Shown here one piece after another: positions 61,095 through 64,000 of a stretch of 64,000 nt of DNA. The position numbers were made by a program, and so were the translations under genes. Numbering within the stretch: the stretch's first letter is position 1; each line of letters starts with the position of its first letter. The stretch is from Promethearchaeota archaeon (lineage in GTDB: Archaea; Asgardarchaeota; Lokiarchaeia; Sigyniarchaeales; SOKP01), in NCBI GenBank assembly GCA_048940645.1, contig JBHLOI010000001.1:103636-167635 (forward strand). Reading direction: 5' to 3'. Below the pieces are notes generated by a model. The model saw only the letters and a program-made list of their open reading frames with translations, was not told the DNA's origin and made no database searches.

Positions 61095-61940
61095 ATGCAA
61101 ATGGATGATTTCCTTAGATGTTTAAGCTGTGGGAAAAGTATAAGCAGTAAAACTGAAGAAAGTTATAATTATTGTACAGAATGTATGTTAAAATTGGATT
61201 TTAAGACTTCAGATTTAGATCATGAAGAGATAGATAGATGTTTACAAAAAATTCTTAATTTCTTTGTTTCTGATGTAAATGCTGCTTTTACTAAAGATCC
61301 AGCAGCTCGTACTATTCTAGAAGTTCTTACTAGTTACCCTGGAATAAAAGCAGTTTTGTTATATCGAATAGCACATTTCTTCTATGAACTTAATATGCCT
61401 TTTATCCCTAGATATATTTCTGATATCGCAAGAGAAACGACTGCCATAGAGATCCATCCAGGTGCTGATATAGGAAGCGACTTTTTTATAGACCATGGGG
61501 CTGGTGTTGTAATTGGAGAAACTGCCAAAATAGGTGATAATGTAACTATTTATGCTGGAGTAGTGTTAGGGGGAACAACTTTAAATCAAAAAAAGAGACA
61601 CCCTACTATAGGGAACGATGTAGTAATAGGAACGGGAGCAAAAATTTTAGGGCCAATAATTGTGGGAAATAATGTAAAAATTGGAGCAAATTCTGTGGTT
61701 ATAGATGATGTTCCTCCTAATTCAGTTGTAGTGGGAGTACCTGGGAAAATAATCTCAAGGATAGGTGAGAAAATTGAAAAAATTGATCTTAGGCACGGGG
61801 ATTTACCAGATCCCATATCAATAGCACTTTCAAGTTTAGAAAAAAGAATAAGAGAATTAGAAAGTAAATTGTTAGTCAAGACAGAGAGCAACGAAAAGGG
61901 TATAGAAATTCATTATGGCAAATATGGTGGAGGAATTTAA
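61095..61940 (+). CDS. cysE: Serine O-acetyltransferase with N-terminal CxxC...CxxC extension
   Basis: DPAAR, YPG, IEIHPGA, FIDHG.GVVIGET, KRHPT, GANSVV, VGVPG. Confidence 0.93.
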   Translation: MQMDDFLRCLSCGKSISSKTEESYNYCTECMLKLDFKTSDLDHEEIDRCLQKILNFFVSDVNAAFTKDPAARTILEVLTSYPGIKAVLLYRIAHFFYELNMPFIPRYISDIARETTAIEIHPGADIGSDFFIDHGAGVVIGETAKIGDNVTIYAGVVLGGTTLNQKKRHPTIGNDVVIGTGAKILGPIIVGNNVKIGANSVVIDDVPPNSVVVGVPGKIISRIGEKIEKIDLRHGDLPDPISIALSSLEKRIRELESKLLVKTESNEKGIEIHYGKYGGGI

Positions 61941-61963
61941 TTGAAATTTAAGGTGGATATCAT

Positions 61964-62899
61964 ATGGGAAATACATACAATAATATAATTGAGACTATTG
62001 GAAAAACGCCTCTAGTCAAATTAAATCGAATTATGGAACATATTGAGCCTAAACCTAACATCTACGCGAAATTAGAATATTTTAACCCTGGAGGAAGTGT
62101 TAAAGATAGAATTGGAATGGCAATGATACAAACTGCTGAAGAAAAGGGACTAATTAATAACGACACAACGATAGTCGAACCAACCTCTGGAAATACTGGG
62201 ATTGGTTTGGCCCTTACGTGTGCTGCAAAGGGATATCGATTGATCTTAACTATGCCAGAAAGCGTTTCAATTGAACGTAGGAAAATATTGAAGGCTTATG
62301 GAGCACATGTAGTCCTAACCCCTAAAGAAGGGGGAATGAAAGCAGCGATTGATAAAGCTGAACTAATAGCAAAAGAAAAAGGTAAGGTTTTTATTCCACA
62401 ACAATTTAAAAATCTCGCAAATCCAGAAATTCATCGCCAAACAACTGCTAAAGAAATTTTTAATGATTTAGATGGAAGAGTCGACGCCTTTGTAGCAGGA
62501 GTAGGTACAGGAGGAACTATTACTGGGGTTGGTGAAATTCTTAAAAAGTCAGTAGGAGCTCGTCTAAAAGTGTATGCTGTTGAACCCAAAGATTCTCCTG
62601 TTTTATCCGGAGGAAATCCAGGACTACATAAAATCCAAGGAATTGGAGCCGGATTCGTTCCAGAAGTATTAAATACCCAAATTTATGACAGAATAATACA
62701 AGTTGAATACGAAGATGCAATAATCACAGCTAGAAAATTAACGAAATTGGAAGGAATATTCGCTGGAATAAGTTCAGGAGCAATCGCCTGGGCAGCTATT
62801 TACGATATATCTAAAGAGTTTAGTGCAGGAGAAAATATTGTTTTTGTAGTTTGTGATACTGGGGAACGCTATTTATCTACTGAATTATATGATATCTAA
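61964..62899 (+). CDS. cysK: Cysteine synthase A
   Basis: IG.TPLV, NPGGSVKDR, EPTSGNTGIG, GVGTGGT, HKIQGIG, DTGERYLST. Confidence 0.95.
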   Translation: MGNTYNNIIETIGKTPLVKLNRIMEHIEPKPNIYAKLEYFNPGGSVKDRIGMAMIQTAEEKGLINNDTTIVEPTSGNTGIGLALTCAAKGYRLILTMPESVSIERRKILKAYGAHVVLTPKEGGMKAAIDKAELIAKEKGKVFIPQQFKNLANPEIHRQTTAKEIFNDLDGRVDAFVAGVGTGGTITGVGEILKKSVGARLKVYAVEPKDSPVLSGGNPGLHKIQGIGAGFVPEVLNTQIYDRIIQVEYEDAIITARKLTKLEGIFAGISSGAIAWAAIYDISKEFSAGENIVFVVCDTGERYLSTELYDI

Positions 62900-62904
62900 T
62901 TGAA

Positions 62905-63804
62905 TCAAATACTTAAAGGGAGTAAACTTGTTGTTAGAATCTCAATAACTTTTTTCCAAAGTTCTTTAAAATCAGGCTTTTTTTTACCATTTATCTTTTT
63001 TGAAATTTCATGGAATAATGCTTTTATCTTTAAAGAATGAAAATAACTAATATTTGGCGCAATTATGGCTAGCATATATTGTTTTTGACCAAATCTTTCA
63101 TTTTCTGCTGGAAAAGAATCAAAATATGCATAACCAGACATTTTAATATTCTCAAGATTTAAAAGTATTCCTTCAGCGTTAGTTATTTTACCATGTCCAT
63201 ATATAAATAATGTTGCTTGAAAAAGCTGACTTCCAACGTCTTCGAAAGATATAGGGAGATTAATAGTTGAGGGGTAATGATCCTCCAGTTTTGGACCATA
63301 TTTATCATCCCAGAACATTAAGAGTAAAAATATCTTCTCTTGGTCCTCCATTGAAATTGAAGGTTGAATATTTATATCAAGAGAAGATAAGACTACTTCC
63401 ATCTTTTCTTTAATAATCTGTCTTTTTTTATTTCTAGTAATCTTTCCAGAAATAACAGCTAATAAATCATCTTCATTAAAAGGTTTTGTTAAATAATCAT
63501 CTATACCCAATAATTTACCAAAACGAATATCTTCTGGAGACGATTTTGCTGTAAGGAAAATAAAAGGAATATGATTCAGAGCTGGATTTTTAGAAATTTC
63601 AGTAAAGAATTCATATCCATCTACTTCGGGCATCATAATATCACTAATAATAACCTCGGGGAGAATTTCTGATTGCGAAATGAGATCGAGGGCTTCCTTT
63701 CCATTTTTTGCGATTAAAACCCGATATTTATTTGCCTCTAAATTCAATTTAATTGCATAAAGGAGATCCGCATTATCCTCTACAATCATAATTAGAGGTT
63801 TCAT
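62905..63804 (-). CDS. Response regulator receiver fused to a C-terminal longin/uDENN-like domain
   Basis: VEDN, SDIMMP.VDG, FLTA, YLTKPF; C-terminal LLLMFWDDKYGP.L...YP. Confidence 0.85.
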   Translation of the reverse strand: MKPLIMIVEDNADLLYAIKLNLEANKYRVLIAKNGKEALDLISQSEILPEVIISDIMMPEVDGYEFFTEISKNPALNHIPFIFLTAKSSPEDIRFGKLLGIDDYLTKPFNEDDLLAVISGKITRNKKRQIIKEKMEVVLSSLDINIQPSISMEDQEKIFLLLMFWDDKYGPKLEDHYPSTINLPISFEDVGSQLFQATLFIYGHGKITNAEGILLNLENIKMSGYAYFDSFPAENERFGQKQYMLAIIAPNISYFHSLKIKALFHEISKKINGKKKPDFKELWKKVIEILTTSLLPLSI

Positions 63805-63880
63805 TGTTATGCCCTTTAATAAAATAGATGCCTTAATTTTTATATTTATTGAATGATTATTTAAAAGTTATCAATTTTTA

Positions 63881-64000
63881 TCATGGAATTCTTGGAAAAA
63901 AAATGGAAAATGTTGTTCCATTACCATATTCGCTTTCTACATATACTTTTCCTTGATGAAGTTGGATTAATTCTTTTGCGATTGTTAATCCAAGCCCTGT
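63881..64000 (-). CDS. C-terminus of a sensor histidine kinase (runs off the window)
   Basis: Manual translation: TGLGLTIAKELIQLHQGKVYVESEYGNGTTFSIFFPRIP*. Confidence 0.9.
   Translation of the reverse strand, partial: TGLGLTIAKELIQLHQGKVYVESEYGNGTTFSIFFPRIP

Noticed and set aside
2398-61891. Short overlapping ORFs in the ORF track (e.g. 2398-2622, 4814-5119, 11934-12215, 57993-58334, 59124-59492, 61586-61891)
   Set aside because: They are antisense or out-of-frame shadows of well-supported genes and have no recognisable motifs.
1-64000. tRNA/rRNA genes, transposases, prophage
   Set aside because: No GC-rich structured intergenic segments and no mobile-element protein motifs were seen.

Overview
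AT-rich (~30% GC by eye), gene-dense archaeal chromosome segment, most consistent with an Asgard archaeon (Lokiarchaeia/Promethearchaeota). That call rests on an Arf/Rag-like small GTPase, a vWA-RING/PHD protein, a receiver-longin/uDENN-like fusion, H4MPT/methanofuran C1 genes and multiple Hdr modules. Core content: a fwd cluster lacking fwdA plus fdhD, korAB, an orphan hdrB, an HdrD-like gene with a giant HdrA-GltD-HdrA-MvhD fusion facing a complete hdrCBA-flxDCBA operon, AOR, cysE-cysK and two-component genes. Four tandem paralog sets occur: DUF998-like membrane proteins, RimL-type GNATs, orphan OppA/DppA-like binding proteins each with a small membrane protein, and DUF4424-like surface proteins. 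The two best candidates for an undescribed system are (1) 22072-26007, an unknown conserved protein, a DapA-like aldolase lacking the DHDPS arginine and fused to formaldehyde-activating enzyme, and an OYE, behind a structured leader; and (2) 48467-54385, a GNAT-ThiF-GNAT-7TM-B12 radical SAM cluster that resembles N-acyl amide/oxazolone biosynthesis paired with a receptor. Also notable are apparent ATT/CTG start codons and a 76-bp duplicated element with inverted ends. No tRNA, rRNA, CRISPR array, transposase or selenocysteine codon was seen. All calls come from motif recognition without database searches.
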